DNA from: Octopus bimaculoides
Lineage: Eukaryota
Assembly (NCBI RefSeq): GCF_001194135.2
Contig: NC_068993.1
Coordinates: 25,395,383 to 25,448,969 of the forward strand
Length of the DNA stretch: 53,587 bases
Reading direction: 5' to 3'
Part shown: one piece after another, positions 1 through 11,539 of the stretch
How the letters are laid out: each line of letters starts with the position of its first letter
Numbering within the stretch: the stretch's first letter is position 1
The notes under the pieces: model-generated
Seen by the model: the letters and a program-made list of their open reading frames with translations, nothing else
The model's database searches: none
What the model was told of the DNA's origin: nothing
Made by a program: the position numbers and the translations under genes

Positions 1-62
1 AGTATGGGTGTTGGGGGTGTGGGCCTGTAGCCTGGGAAGGGGAAAAGCAGTGTCGTGTACCT
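1..62 (-). mobile_element. RTE LINE fragment (just upstream of the APE domain), continues beyond the left window edge
   Basis: Aligns by eye to 47952-48017 of the minus-strand RTE (GTGTGGGCCTGT...GAAAAGCAGTGTCGTGTACCT). Confidence 0.8.
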
Positions 63-87
63 ATATATATATGTATATATATACAAT

Positions 88-247
88 TGATTTCTTTCAG
101 TGTCTGTCTACAAAATCCTACAAAAAGGCTTTGGTTGGTCTGAGGCTATGACAGAAGACACATGCCAAGTTACCACACAGTGGTACTGAACCCAGGACCA
201 TGTGTTTTGGAACCAAGTTTCTTACCACACAGCCACACCTGCACCTA
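88..247 (-). mobile_element. tRNA-headed SINE family A, 5' half
   Basis: Reverse complement matches the head of the full copies at 20910-21265, 29005-29385 and 30836-31250. Confidence 0.8.
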
Positions 248-249
248 TG

Positions 250-290
<41 letters not shown>

Positions 291-350
291 GTGTGTGTGT
301 GTGTGTGTATATGAGTGTATATATGCATGCATGTATATATGAGTATATAT

Positions 351-565
351 CATCATCATCATCATCGTTTAACGTCCGCTTTCCATGCTAGCATGGGTTG
401 GACGATTTGACTGAGGACTGGTGAAACCGGATGGCAACACCATGCTCCAATCTGATTTGGCAGAGTTTCTACAGCTGGATGCCCTTCCTAACGCCAACCA
501 CTCAGAGAGTGTAGTGGGTGCTTTTACGTGTCACCCACACGAAGGCCAGTCAGGTGGTACTGGCT
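351..565 (-). mobile_element. RTE 3'-UTR/tail-derived short element ending in (ATG)n
   Basis: (CAT)n-GTTTAACGTCCGCTTTCCATGCTAGCATGGGTTGGACG is the reverse complement of the RTE 3' end at about 4300-4517. Confidence 0.85.
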
Positions 566-637
566 ATATGTGTACATACTGCATGTACATCTATATATAT
601 ATACATCTACACATATATATGTATACATATACATCTG

Positions 638-3600
638 TCGGGAGACAGGGTCGGGGGCATGGGTATACTTCTTGCAGAGAAATGGGTGGATAAGGTAATC
701 GAGGCAGTTAGAGTATGCGATAGAATACTTAAGATTAAATTAGTGCTTCATTATGGGTTAGCAACCATTATCTCGGCCTATGCCCCTCAGCCTGGGCTAC
801 CCGACGAACAGAAAGACCGATTTTATGACTCCCTCCTACAGACTACCTCGTTGATGAATGACAGGGACCTTCTCTTTGTGGCTGGTGACTTCAATAGTCA
901 TGTTGGACAACACTCAGGGGGCTTCTATGGCATACATGGAGGCTATGGTTTTGGTTCCCACAACGAGGAGGGAACCAGGCTGCTAGAGTTCTGTGATGCA
1001 AATGACCTTATGGTCTGCAATACTAACTTCAGGAAGCCTGCCAGTCACCTAGTCACCTACCATTCTGGCAGACACACTAGCCAAATTGACTACATCCTTG
1101 CCAGGAAAAGGGAAAGATGGCTGCTTATAAATGCCAAGACCTTCCCAGGTGAAGAATGTACCCCACAACATAGATTAGTAGTTAGTGACTTCAGGATCAG
1201 GGCTAAGTGGTTGCCTAGAAGACAACCAGCTTGGAGGAGAAGGGTCTGGAAGCTCAAAGATCCTGCGAATGGACAGAGATTTAGAGACGTANNNNNNNNN
1301 NNNNNNNNNNNNNNNNNNNNNNNNNNNNNNNNNNNNNNNNNNNNNNNNNNNNNNNNNNNNNNNNNNNNNNNNNNNNNNNNNNNNNNNNNNNNNNNNNNNN
1401 NNNNNNNNNNNNNNNNNNNNNNNNNNNNNNNNNNNNNNNNNNNNNNNNNNNNNNNNNNNNNNNNNNNNNNNNNNNNNNNNNNNNNNNNNNNNNNNNNNNN
1501 NNNNNNNNNNNNNNNNNNNNNNNNNNNNNNNNNNNNNNNNNNNNNNNNNNNNNNNNNNNNNNNNNNNNNNNNNNNNNNNNNNNNNNNNNNNNNNNNNNNN
1601 NNNNNNNNNNNNNNNNNNNNNNNNNNNNNNNNNNNNNNNNNNNNNNNNNNNNNNNNNNNNNNNNNNNNNNNNNNNNNNNNNNNNNNNNNNNNNNNNNNNN
1701 NNNNNNNNNNNNNNNNNNNNNNNNNNNNNNNNNNNNNNNNNNNNNNNNNNNNNNNNNNNNNNNNNNNNNNNNNNNNNNNNNNNNNNNNNNNNNNNNNNNN
1801 NNNNNNNNNNNNNNNNNNNNNNNNNNNNNNNNNNNNNNNNNNNNNNNNNNNNNNNNNNNNNNNNNNNNNNNNNNNNNNNNNNNNNNNNNNNNNNNNNNNN
1901 NNNNNNNNNNNNNNNNNNNNNNNNNNNNNNNNNNNNNNNNNNNNNNNNNNNNNNNNNNNNNNNNNNNNNNNNNNNNNNNNNNNNNNNNNNNNNNNNNNNN
2001 NNNNNNNNNNNNNNNNNNNNNNNNNNNNNNNNNNNNNNNNNNNNNNNNNNNNNNNNNNNNNNNNNNNNNNNNNNNNNNNNNNNNNNNNNNNNNNNNNNNN
2101 NNNNNNNNNNNNNNNNNNNNNNNNNNNNNNNNNNNNNNNNNNNNNNNNNNNNNNNNNNNNNNNNNNNNNNNNNNNNNNNNNNNNNNNNNNNNNNNNNNNN
2201 NNNNNNNNNNNNNNNNNNNNNNNNNNNNNNNNNNNNNNNNNNNNNNNNNNNNNNNNNNNNNNNNNNNNNNNNNNCCAGGTGATACACGAAGGAGTCATAC
2301 CCAATGACTGGTGTAGCAGCACCATAGACAACTGCTACAAAGGTAAAGGTGACGCTTTAGATACAAATAATTACATGGGTATCAAGTTGTTAGATCAGGT
2401 AATGAAAGTCACGGAGAGGGTCATAGCCTAACTACTCAGGGAGCAGGTCAGTTTAGATGAGATGCAGTTTGGGTTCGTGCCTGGGAAAAGCACCACTGAT
2501 GCTATATTTCTGGTAAGACAGCTTGAGGAGAAATACCTAGCCAAGGATAAACCTCTGTACCTGGCTTTCGTTGACATGGAGAAAGTCTTTGACATGGGTC
2601 CCCCAATCCCTCATCTGGTGGTCAATGAGGAAACTAGGGAAAGAATGGTTAATGAGAGCTGTGCGAGCCATGTAAAGAGATGCTGCTAGTAAGGTTAGGG
2701 TTGGCAATGAGTACAGTGAAGAACGCCGGGTAGAGGTAGGGGTCCACCAAGGTTCTGTCCTCAGCCCCCTTCTATTTATCATAGTCCTCCAGGCTATAAC
2801 AGAGGAATTCAAGACAGGATGCCCCTGGGAGCTCCTCTATGCTGATGACCTTGCACTAATTGCTGAGTCACTATCAGAACTAGAAGAGAAGTTTCAGGTG
2901 TGGAAGCAAGGACTAGAATCGAAAGGCCTTAGAATCAACCTAGCTAAAACCAAAGTCCTAATAAGTAGGAAGGTAGATAAATCACAAACACCTTCAGGTA
3001 GATGACCCTGCTCGATCTGTAGAAAATGCGTAGGTAGAAACTCTATGAGATGCACCCAGTGCAAGCTATGGACACATAAGAGGTGCAGCAATATCAAAGG
3101 AAGGTTAACTAGGAAGTTAGTTTTTGTATGTGGCAGATGTTCAGGAGCTATAAACACTGTAAATGTGCAGAAAATAACTTCTATCTCATTCAAGGGAGAA
3201 AAACTAGAAGTGGTTGATAGCTTCCGATATCTACGTGACCAAGTTAGTAGTGGGGGAGGGTGCGCTGAAAGTGTAGCTGCTAGAATAAGAATAGCCTGGG
3301 AAAAGTTCAGAGAGCTCTTACCTCTGCTGGTGACAAAGGGCCTCTCGCTCAGAGTAAAAGGCAGACTGTATGACGCATGTGTACGAACAGCCATGCTTCA
3401 TGGCTGTGAAACATGGGCCGTGACTGCCGAAGACATGTGTAGGCTCGCAAGAAATGAAGCCAGTATGCTCCAATGGATGTGTAATGTCAGTGTGCATACT
3501 AGACAGAGTGTAAGTACCTTGAGAGAAAANNNNNNNNNNNNNNNNNNNNNNNNNNNNNNNNNNNNNNNNNNNNNNNNNNNNNNNNNNNNNNNNNNNNNNN

Positions 3601-4517
3601 NNNNNNNNNNNNNNNNNNNNNNNNNNNNNNNNNNNNNNNNNNNNNNNNNNNNNNNNNNNNNNNNNNNNNNNNNNNNNNNNNNNNNNNNNNNNNNNNNNNN
3701 NNNNNNNNNNNNNNNNNNNNNNNNNNNNNNNNNNNNNNNNNNNNNNNNNNNNNNNNNNNNNNNNNNNNNNNNNNNNNNNNNNNNNNNNNNNNNNNNNNNN
3801 NNNNNNNNNNNNNNNNNNNNNNNNNNNNNNNNNNNNNNNNNNNNNNNNNNNNNNNNNNNNNNNNNNNNNNNNNNNNNNNNNNNNNNNNNNNNNNNNNNNN
3901 NNNNNNNNNNNNNNNNNNNNNNNNNNNNNNNNNNNNNNNNNNNNNNNNNNCTCTGCCAGGGGTGTAGCCAGCCAACTTATGCGTACCTTTCCTTCATTGG
4001 ACACTAAACTCTGCTTGCGAAGACCTGTTGAGGCAAGTGAATCGAAATCGAACTAAATTCGATGACTGGCACGCATGCCAACGTCGTCTCCTTCATTGGA
4101 CACGAAACTGAGCTTGCGAAGACTTATTGGGGCAAGCGAAAGTGAAATTGGGATGGCATCTGTGCCCAGCATCGCCTTTCTGGCACTTGTTCCCGCAGTA
4201 TGTGTAAGGACTTTCGAGCGAGATCGTTGCCAGTGCCCCTGGACTGGCTCTTGTGCAGGTGGCACATAAAATACACCATTTTGAGCGTGGCCGTTGCCAG
4301 TACCGCCTGATTGGCCTTCATGCGTGTGACATGTAAAAGCACCTACTACACTCTCGGAGTGGTTGGCGTTAGGAAGGGCATCCAGCTGTAGAAACTCTGC
4401 CAAATCAGATTGGAGCCTGGTGTAGCCTTCGGGCTCCACCAGCCCTCAGTCAAATTGTCCAACCCATGCTAGCATGAAAAGCGGACGTTAAACGATGAGG
4501 ATGATGATGATGATGAT
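638..4517 (+). mobile_element. RTE-clade LINE, 5'-truncated and degenerate (APE + RT + long 3' UTR, (GAT)n tail), two internal N gaps
   Basis: APE motifs GILLAEKW, AGDFN, SQIDYIL; RT motifs QFGF, AFVDMEK, GVHQGSVLSP, LLYADDL (about 2833-2853); premature stops; ends in a GAT repeat. Confidence 0.95.
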
Positions 4518-4926
4518 NNNNNNNNNNNNNNNNNNNNNNNNNNNNNNNNNNNNNNNNNNNNNNNNNNNNNNNNNNNNNNNNNNNNNNNNNNNNNNNNNNN
4601 NNNNNNNNNNNNNNNNNNNNNNNNNNNNNNNNNNNNNNNNNNNNNNNNNNNNNNNNNNNNNNNNNNNNNNNNNNNNNNNNNNNNNNNNNNNNNNNNNNNN
4701 NNNNNNNNNNNNNNNNNNNNNNNNNNNNNNNNNNNNNNNNNNNNNNNNNNNNNNNNNNNNNNNNNNNNNNNNNNNNNNNNNNNNNNNNNNNNNNNNNNNN
4801 NNNNNNNNNNNNNNNNNNNNNNNNNNNNNNNNNNNNNNNATATATATATATATATATATATATACATACATAATATATATATATTATATATATGTATGTA
4901 TATATGTATGTATGCCTGTATGTATG

Positions 4927-5235
4927 TGAGATAATAGTTTCACTTGAATAGTTTCAGTATTAAAGTAAAACTATTAAAGTGAAAATATCTGACATTACAA
5001 TAGAGAGATGTTATTGTCTCACTTTTGACACCTAATACTGCAATAGTGGAGGAGATATGATATTGCTCTGGGCTCGCACTAGGCAAGAAGTTAAAACCTT
5101 TTTGGGCCTATGACACTACATGGACCCTAAGTAAGGCATATGTAAAATTTGAATGAAATTGGTTGTGTTTAAGTCTCAAGTTTTAGGGATTTACACAGAC
5201 AGACAGACACACATTCTCATCTTTATATATATAGA
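4927..5235 (+). mobile_element. Possible non-autonomous Helitron/Helentron-associated element (DINE-1/Lep1-like layout)
   Basis: Imperfect 5' inverted repeat 4929-4976; near the 3' end AAATTTGAATGAAATTGG, then (CAGA)n and terminal TTTATATATATAGAT. Confidence 0.4.
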
Positions 5236-5615
5236 TGGTTGCATAACAAAATACCATGTACCTACAAGTCATTACTTCAACATAGTTTACCTGAGGCTCT
5301 AGGCTAATATAATGAATGTTTACAGCAATAATATTGCTCAAGAAACCAATGCATCACTTGGCTTGGGAATCGAAATCTTGTAATCATGAGTGCAACACCC
5401 TAACCACAAGGTCTTGTGCCCTCACACATACAAACATATAACATACATACAAGCATCCCCATGCTCTACAACTTTGTGTTATGCAATTCCTGCTTATAGA
5501 AATTGTAAATTATGACTGCTAATTTCAGGATACAGTCTATAATTTCACTTTCACAGAAATTTGGATAAATTTTAAGAATTTAAAGACTAAACTTTTTTCT
5601 TAAACAAAAGGCCAT

Positions 5616-5646
5616 TTCTCAGCATTTTAGCCAAGATCAAAGTAGT
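5616..5646 (+). pseudogene. 3'-truncated U2 snRNA-like fragment
   Basis: TTCTCAGCATTTTAGCCAAGATCAAAGTAGT vs U2 5' end TTCTCGGCCTTTTGGCTAAGATCAAGTGTAGT, about 26 of 32 positions by eye. Confidence 0.45.
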
Positions 5647-5870
5647 TAGCAGTTTGAAAAACTATAATCACAATACACACACAATCTCTCACACATACAC
5701 ACACTCCATACACGCACACACATAGACAGTGGTGGGTGAGCTCATAAGTGTTTATGCATGCATTACTATAAACATTTATGGTGTAAGGTGGAGTTTTTCA
5801 CTATGAATATTTGTGTGTGGATATGTATATTTTCTTGGGTCATCATGAATATCTATCTGCCTGTCTGTGT

Positions 5871-5899
5871 CTATCTATCTATATAGATAGATAATAGAC

Positions 5900-5978
<79 letters not shown>

Positions 5979-6121
5979 TGGATAGAGAGAAATAGATAGA
6001 CAGACAGATAGATAGACAGACAGATAAATAGAAAGACAGATAGATAGATAGATAGAAAGACAGACAGATAGAAAGACAGACAGACAGATAGATAGAAAGA
6101 TAGACAGACAGATAGATAGAT
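5871..6121. repeat. Compound (GATA)n/(GACA)n microsatellite
   Basis: Directly visible. Confidence 0.95.
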
Positions 6122-6899
6122 AAAAAAACATCACCCTTCACCACCACAACAACTATGTATCAACAAGACTAATACAACTACCATCAACACCAAATCCAAT
6201 ACAACCACTGCCATTACCACCAACTCCTTAATGACAAACAACAACAACAACAACAACAATAGTATGACCAAGATAAGCAACTCCATCTAAAATATAAAAC
6301 AATCACATGAAGTAATGTGGTACCCTGGTGTATTTTCAATGTTGAATGGAATTTCTTTGATCTTAAGTCAATGAGGATTGACTTGAGATTAAATAGCAAC
6401 AACAATACTATTAACAAGAACAATATGACCACTGCCACTAACTACCATCACTATCGCCACTAACACCAATACAATCACCACCACCACCACCACCGCCAAC
6501 ACCACCAGTATCAGTATGACAGCAACGTCTGGAGCTAGGTATGTGGTACAGCAACCCAACAATGTGTGTGTGCGTGTGCATGAGAGGGAGAGATAAGGAA
6601 AGGGAAAGAGAGTAGAGTGTAGGATTTTTATGACTCAAGTTAGAGGTGCAAAGGTGATGTGTCCATGAACCTGGTAACCCTTCAACCAACTGTAATCATA
6701 TAATGTTTCTCCACCACCACCACCACCACCACTACCACACTCCTTCTCTTTTTCATCTCATTTCAATTCTTATATCCACAAGGAATAAGACAACCATTTT
6801 TGGCTCTCAAAAATAGTTTTTTCCTGATTATATGTACTTTACTATTCATTTCATGTGGATAATGTTTTGATTACTGCCACTGTTGAATTTGCTCACAAT

Positions 6900-7675
6900 T
6901 CAAGGTGTCTGGAAAGAAGCCATCAAGTAAAACTGAAAGAAACACTGCAAAAAGAAATCACAAAACTTTTACACTGGATACAAAACTGTTTTAAAAAGAT
7001 TTGATGTGAGAGAAAATTTAGCCAAAACATTTTACATTTGCAACATCTGCAGTAGAAACAATACATGATAAAAGAGGGGAAATTAAATCAAAAGCTCAAG
7101 AAGTTATTCTGTTAACTCTCAGACCTTATTTTGTCATAGACCTAATTTAATGCAATGTTTAAAATAGGACGGCCCTTTGGTGTATAGGTTGAGGATTGAA
7201 CTCAGTGCATTGTGCACAATGGTAATTTAAAAAAAAAACCAAAAAAAACCCAGAAGTTTGTATGACAATTTGCAGAAAAAGGAAGATGAAACTTTGAATG
7301 TAAAAACTTTTTTGGTTAGTAAACATTGATTTTAAGGATTTACAAAGTGCTTCATTTTGCAGAACACAAAGATAACTGGTGAAGCTGCCAGTGCCTATAC
7401 AAAAAGTTTGCTTCTAATTATCCTGAACAGCTGACAACAATTTTTAGTATATGAATTTCCCAAGACAACAATGACTGCTAATGAGGGCTACACACAAGAG
7501 AAAGTACACAATGTTGATGAAACTACATTTTTCTGGAAACTCATACCAGTTGAAACTGTTATTTCTTCAGAAGAAAGGTCAACACCAGGATTTAAAGATT
7601 CCAAAAATTCATCTGATGTTTCTTCCAGGAAAAAATGTCTGCAGGCGATAAAAAATTAAATCTCCTACTCACCTT
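6900..7675 (+). mobile_element. Tigger/pogo (CENP-B-like) transposase remnant
   Basis: GYTQEKVHNVDETTFFWK...EERSTPGFKDSK and AGDKKLNLLL match the pogo DDE N-terminal region; frameshifted. Confidence 0.85.
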
Positions 7676-8553
7676 ATTCACTACATCCCCAACCGTACCC
7701 AATCTCCACAGCCATCACCTATATATACTTCCCTGTCTTCCCTCCAATGTATATCTACCATCTCTCAGCACTTGCTCTTCATTCATTATATTCACTCCTC
7801 ACCCATTCCCCATCTTTAACCATTCCTTGCTCTTCCCATACATTCTTGCAAACTCAACTCACCCACACTACCTGTTCAATTGTCTCCATTCACTTCCACT
7901 CACCTCATACCTTGAGGATCCACTCTGATACTTCAACTCAGCTATTCTCTCTTTTTCCCAACTCCACCTTAGATACTCCCACCCTCTCTCCTATGTGTGT
8001 AGCCATGTAGCTCCTCTACAGCAAGATACCTGGTCTGTTCTCATACTTTAAACTCCCATCCACCAGAATAAAACTCCGCTCCTCTCAACAGTAGAACTAT
8101 CAATCAGACGAAGGGAATCTTAGTCTTGCAAGCTACATGGCGATCTTCACAAACGAATCAGCTAGTACACACTGTACGATGACATTAGAAATGAGATCTA
8201 GCAGTACAAACCATACCAAAGTAGACAACTGAGCACAGTGCAGTCTTCGGACCTTTGAGATATTATCAAACCATTCAACCCATGCCAACATGTATGTACA
8301 TGTATGAGTGTTCGTGTGTATGAACTTGCCTGATAAAAATAGTTTACTTTATAGTTATTCCTATTTATTTGTCTTCACACACACGCGCGCGCGACAGGTA
8401 TTCATATAAACAAAGTAGGCCTAATAATCTCTTAGGTACAAAGCCACAGAGGCTAGTCGATTAAACCAACCTCAGTACTAGGTGATACTTTATTTTATTG
8501 GTACGAGAAAGATTTGAACTCTTAATAATAATGGAATGGAAAGTTTATGATAC

Positions 8554-8577
8554 CTGTGGAGTATCTCCTTCTGCCAT
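8554..8577 (-). CDS. Candidate first coding exon of an unidentified gene, MAEGDTPQ, phase 0
   Basis: ataATGG start context; CAG|gtatca donor; CpG-rich upstream sequence. Confidence 0.5.
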
Positions 8578-8818
8578 TATAATTATTTTTGTAGCTTCAA
8601 AGAGCTGGAACGGGTCACCAATTTGTAACGCCGGTGCGAAGCGAGGTGATGAGAATGGTTCCTTAATACATCACACGGTCGATACAATAACAATAACTAA
8701 ATACGAGTAGTTATATATATAATATGCTTCTTTTCATAATCTAAGGCCGAAACCTTTTTGATAACAATATCAGTTTGATAAAACATTAACCAGTTAGAGA
8801 GTTTGGAAGCCGCTTTTT

Positions 8819-8856
<38 letters not shown>

Positions 8857-9079
8857 CAATTATCCGTTGATTATTGTTATCGTAATTATATTAAGTAACT
8901 TCCACTACATATACACATTTTCGACTAACACTGAAGACATTTTAAGCTCCGAAATAAAATAATAACCACAACATGCGTGTATGTTAAATAAATTGTATGG
9001 AAATTAAGAATGAAGTTGGCGAAATGAATTCAGAATTAATGTTTATAACGATAAACGAGTAGATTTGACGGAAACTCAC

Positions 9080-9082
9080 CAT
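9080..9082 (-). CDS. Candidate alternative first exon ending in a lone ATG (phase 0)
   Basis: aaaATG|GTGAGT consensus donor, 43 bp from the X-box. Confidence 0.5.
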
Positions 9083-9124
9083 TTTGGGGAAGTTAAGCTT
9101 GTTACTGTCTCTTAAGCTTGTTTG

Positions 9125-9138
9125 GTTACCTTGGAAAC
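9125..9138. promoter_or_regulatory. RFX X-box-like site GTTACCTTGGAAAC
   Basis: One mismatch from the GTTNCCATGGNAAC X-box consensus; lies in the CpG island. Confidence 0.55.
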
Positions 9139-9361
9139 GATACACCGGTTAGGTGAGCGAGGAGGTAGCGAGAGTGAAAGAATTAGGTGTATGTGTGTAC
9201 ATGAGTGTAGGTATTAGTGCTAAGTGACTTAATGTAGCAGAATATATCGTTAATGCTAAGTTTAATGGTGTCTTTGTTTTTTTAGAAAAGTTGAAGTTAA
9301 CTTTAGCATGATTTAATGTCAGGAATACGAGTCTATACACAGACCAAAAGTACCTGTTTTC

Positions 9362-9762
9362 GGTAATTTCCTATTTGACGTTCGTAAAAGCATATTGATC
9401 TAAAAAAGTTTGTTCCAATAAAACATTTCAGTATTGTTAAGTTGTACATACTACGAACAGTGAATAAAATGTGAATGAAAATGTTAAACTTATTTTTAAT
9501 AGAGTTTCGCCAAGGGCATATGTTAGAATTCTTCAACAATCCAAGGCGGGTAGACCAAGCTATACAAGTTGAATTCGACAAAGATTGATCGAGCCAATGT
9601 CGTAATTGTATGCCTTTCAATTATTATCTGCTGATCTGTATTTCGTTGGGATTTACAATAAAATGAGGAATAGCAGGGTGTTCACGAAACATGCTAATCG
9701 AGATGAAATAGAATTTAAATTAAAACAAATTCGATTTTATGAACGTCGAATAGGAAATTGCT
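9362..9762 (-). mobile_element. Merlin-like non-autonomous DNA transposon, about 400 bp
   Basis: TIRs GGTAATTTCCTATTTGACGTTCGTAAAA and rc AGCAATTTCCTATTCGACGTTCATAAAA; flanks CCTGTTTT (9353-9360) and CCTGTTCT (9763-9770); internal CIAWSTRLGLLKNSNICP resembles the Merlin/IS1595 N-terminal motif. Confidence 0.6.
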
Positions 9763-10539
9763 CCTGTTCTGTCTGCTCACTGGGGTGGAGTAATTTAATG
9801 GTTTAATAATATGACTCATCTGAAGTTCTACTATCACTCCAAAATGGGATCATCTTCAATGTAAATATTAACAGAAAGGAGCCCGCAAACAAATCACCTC
9901 AAATTTGTTACTTTTATTACAACAGACGTCATTGTATTTGTATGAGCTATATAATACAGATACAATTTTATTGGAAAGGAAGACGAAGTTCTACATGAAG
10001 TTTGCCAATTAGGATCGGGGTACTCCTGTACAAACAATTTATTCTCATTATAGGAATATACTTGATTCTTGATCAAATCTATTTTCATGGAATTCTCACT
10101 GCCCACGTTTATAAATGCGCTGTTAACTGAAACAAAAATCTAACACGACTCAACGCTGGAACTTGTACGTCGTCGCTGTTTGTTTGGTTAAAAATCACTA
10201 TCGTCCATTTATGTTTATCCGAGTACAACTTTTTTGATAGTTGTTTTACTTTTGTTAATGCAGACAATCATTGTGAATTCCGCTAAAAGATATACGATCA
10301 ATAAACGTGAGCCTTGTTATTTAAAGAATGAACGCATGAGGCAAAGTAAGGATTCAGCCAATTCGAGTACAATGAATGAAGATAATTCCAACGTTTTCAT
10401 GAATAACTTCTAATTTCCTCTCTTCTGAAACGTTAAAATTATCTTCTCAAGATCACTAGCTACTCTCATATGATGACCAAAAAAAGAAAAAGAAAGAAAC
10501 AATTTGAACACTTACAATTTGATCCGACATGACTCGTTC

Positions 10540-11090
10540 AAATTACTTTTTCTCTACTGTTGACACACTGGTTCCAACATTTTTCTTCCAGTTTTACAGT
10601 GCAAACCAGGACATGTTTTCAGGAGACATGCAATGTTTTTTTTTTCTAATCACATCTTTCATTTGAATTAATTTGGCAACCTTTCAGGGTGGATTTCAAC
10701 TTTGGTTGGAAAGAAAAAAAGGGTGCTGGTAGTTAAATCAGGAGGGTAAGCCAACTGCAGATTGAGAGTCAATTTGTGTTAAGCCAAAAAGTCATGGATA
10801 AGAATTGACATGTAAATAAATGCATTGTTGCAGAACAGCATCCAACTTTTGTTTGTCTCTGTCCAAGATGGCTTCCACTGCACTGCTTCTCTTAAACACC
10901 TCAGGGCATCCAAGTAAAACTCATTATTGATTGTGTGACTGTATAGAACAAACTCATGTGATCAACATTAGCTTCATAGTTGAGTAACTTTGCCATGCCT
11001 TTTTTGGCTGCATCGATGTGGATCCCACCCACTGGAACAACTACCTATTGTTTTGACAACATAGCTATATACCTCCATAGGATTGCTAAA
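10540..11090 (-). mobile_element. Degenerate mariner transposase remnant
   Basis: Frameshifted peptides KLMLI, EFYLDALRCLREAV, PKLKSTLKG, WKKCWNQCV match mariner DD34D regions. Confidence 0.75.
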
Positions 11091-11269
11091 ACATCAGAAA
11101 AGTCTCCATAAAAGATCATTCAAAGTTTTTTGGATACACATTGCACAAATATATAGGTATAGAAGCATAAACACAAACACACATATGTGCATATGTACAT
11201 GCACAAACATACTTACAAACAAACATACATACATACATGCATCAAAAGGATCAAAGGCCCTTCCCATGC

Positions 11270-11490
11270 CATAAGTTCATAATGTTGGTTTCCTGGATTC
11301 TGTGGAATACATATTACCCCTGAACTGGACACTGGTCCACCACAGGATTACTCATTTTTGCCAGCTACGTGAACTGGGGCAACATGAAATGAAGTGTTTT
11401 GCTCAAGAACATAACATATCTCCAGGTCCAGGAATTGAAACCACAATCTTACAATTACGAGTGCAATGTCCTAACCTCTAAGCCATTTTA
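11270..11490 (-). mobile_element. tRNA-headed SINE family C (CORE-like body)
   Basis: Reverse complement matches 28745-28900 (CTTGAGCAA-ACACTTCATTTCATGTTG); another copy at 15930-16195. Confidence 0.75.
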
Positions 11491-11539
11491 CTTACTCACA
11501 CACACATAAGTATGTACATACATACATACATATGCTGTA

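Larger units (their letters stand above)
8380..10400. promoter_or_regulatory. CpG-rich promoter-like island, possibly bidirectional
   Basis: Visibly dense CpG against depleted flanks; contains donor-only exon candidates on both strands and an X-box. Confidence 0.6.

Noticed and set aside
518-2431. 637-aa ORF and other long X-filled ORFs
   Set aside because: Length comes from N-runs; the real sequence is broken RTE.
4085-4150. HDV-like ribozyme in the RTE 3' UTR module
   Set aside because: P3- and P4-like stems form, but P1 and P2 cannot be paired.
6324-6363. Minus-strand exon IKEIPFNIENTPG as exon 2
   Set aside because: No polypyrimidine tract and a weak GG|gtacca donor; kept only as a remote possibility.
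7680-8140. C/T-rich stretch resembling a minus-strand LINE endonuclease
   Set aside because: No diagnostic motif could be recovered with confidence.
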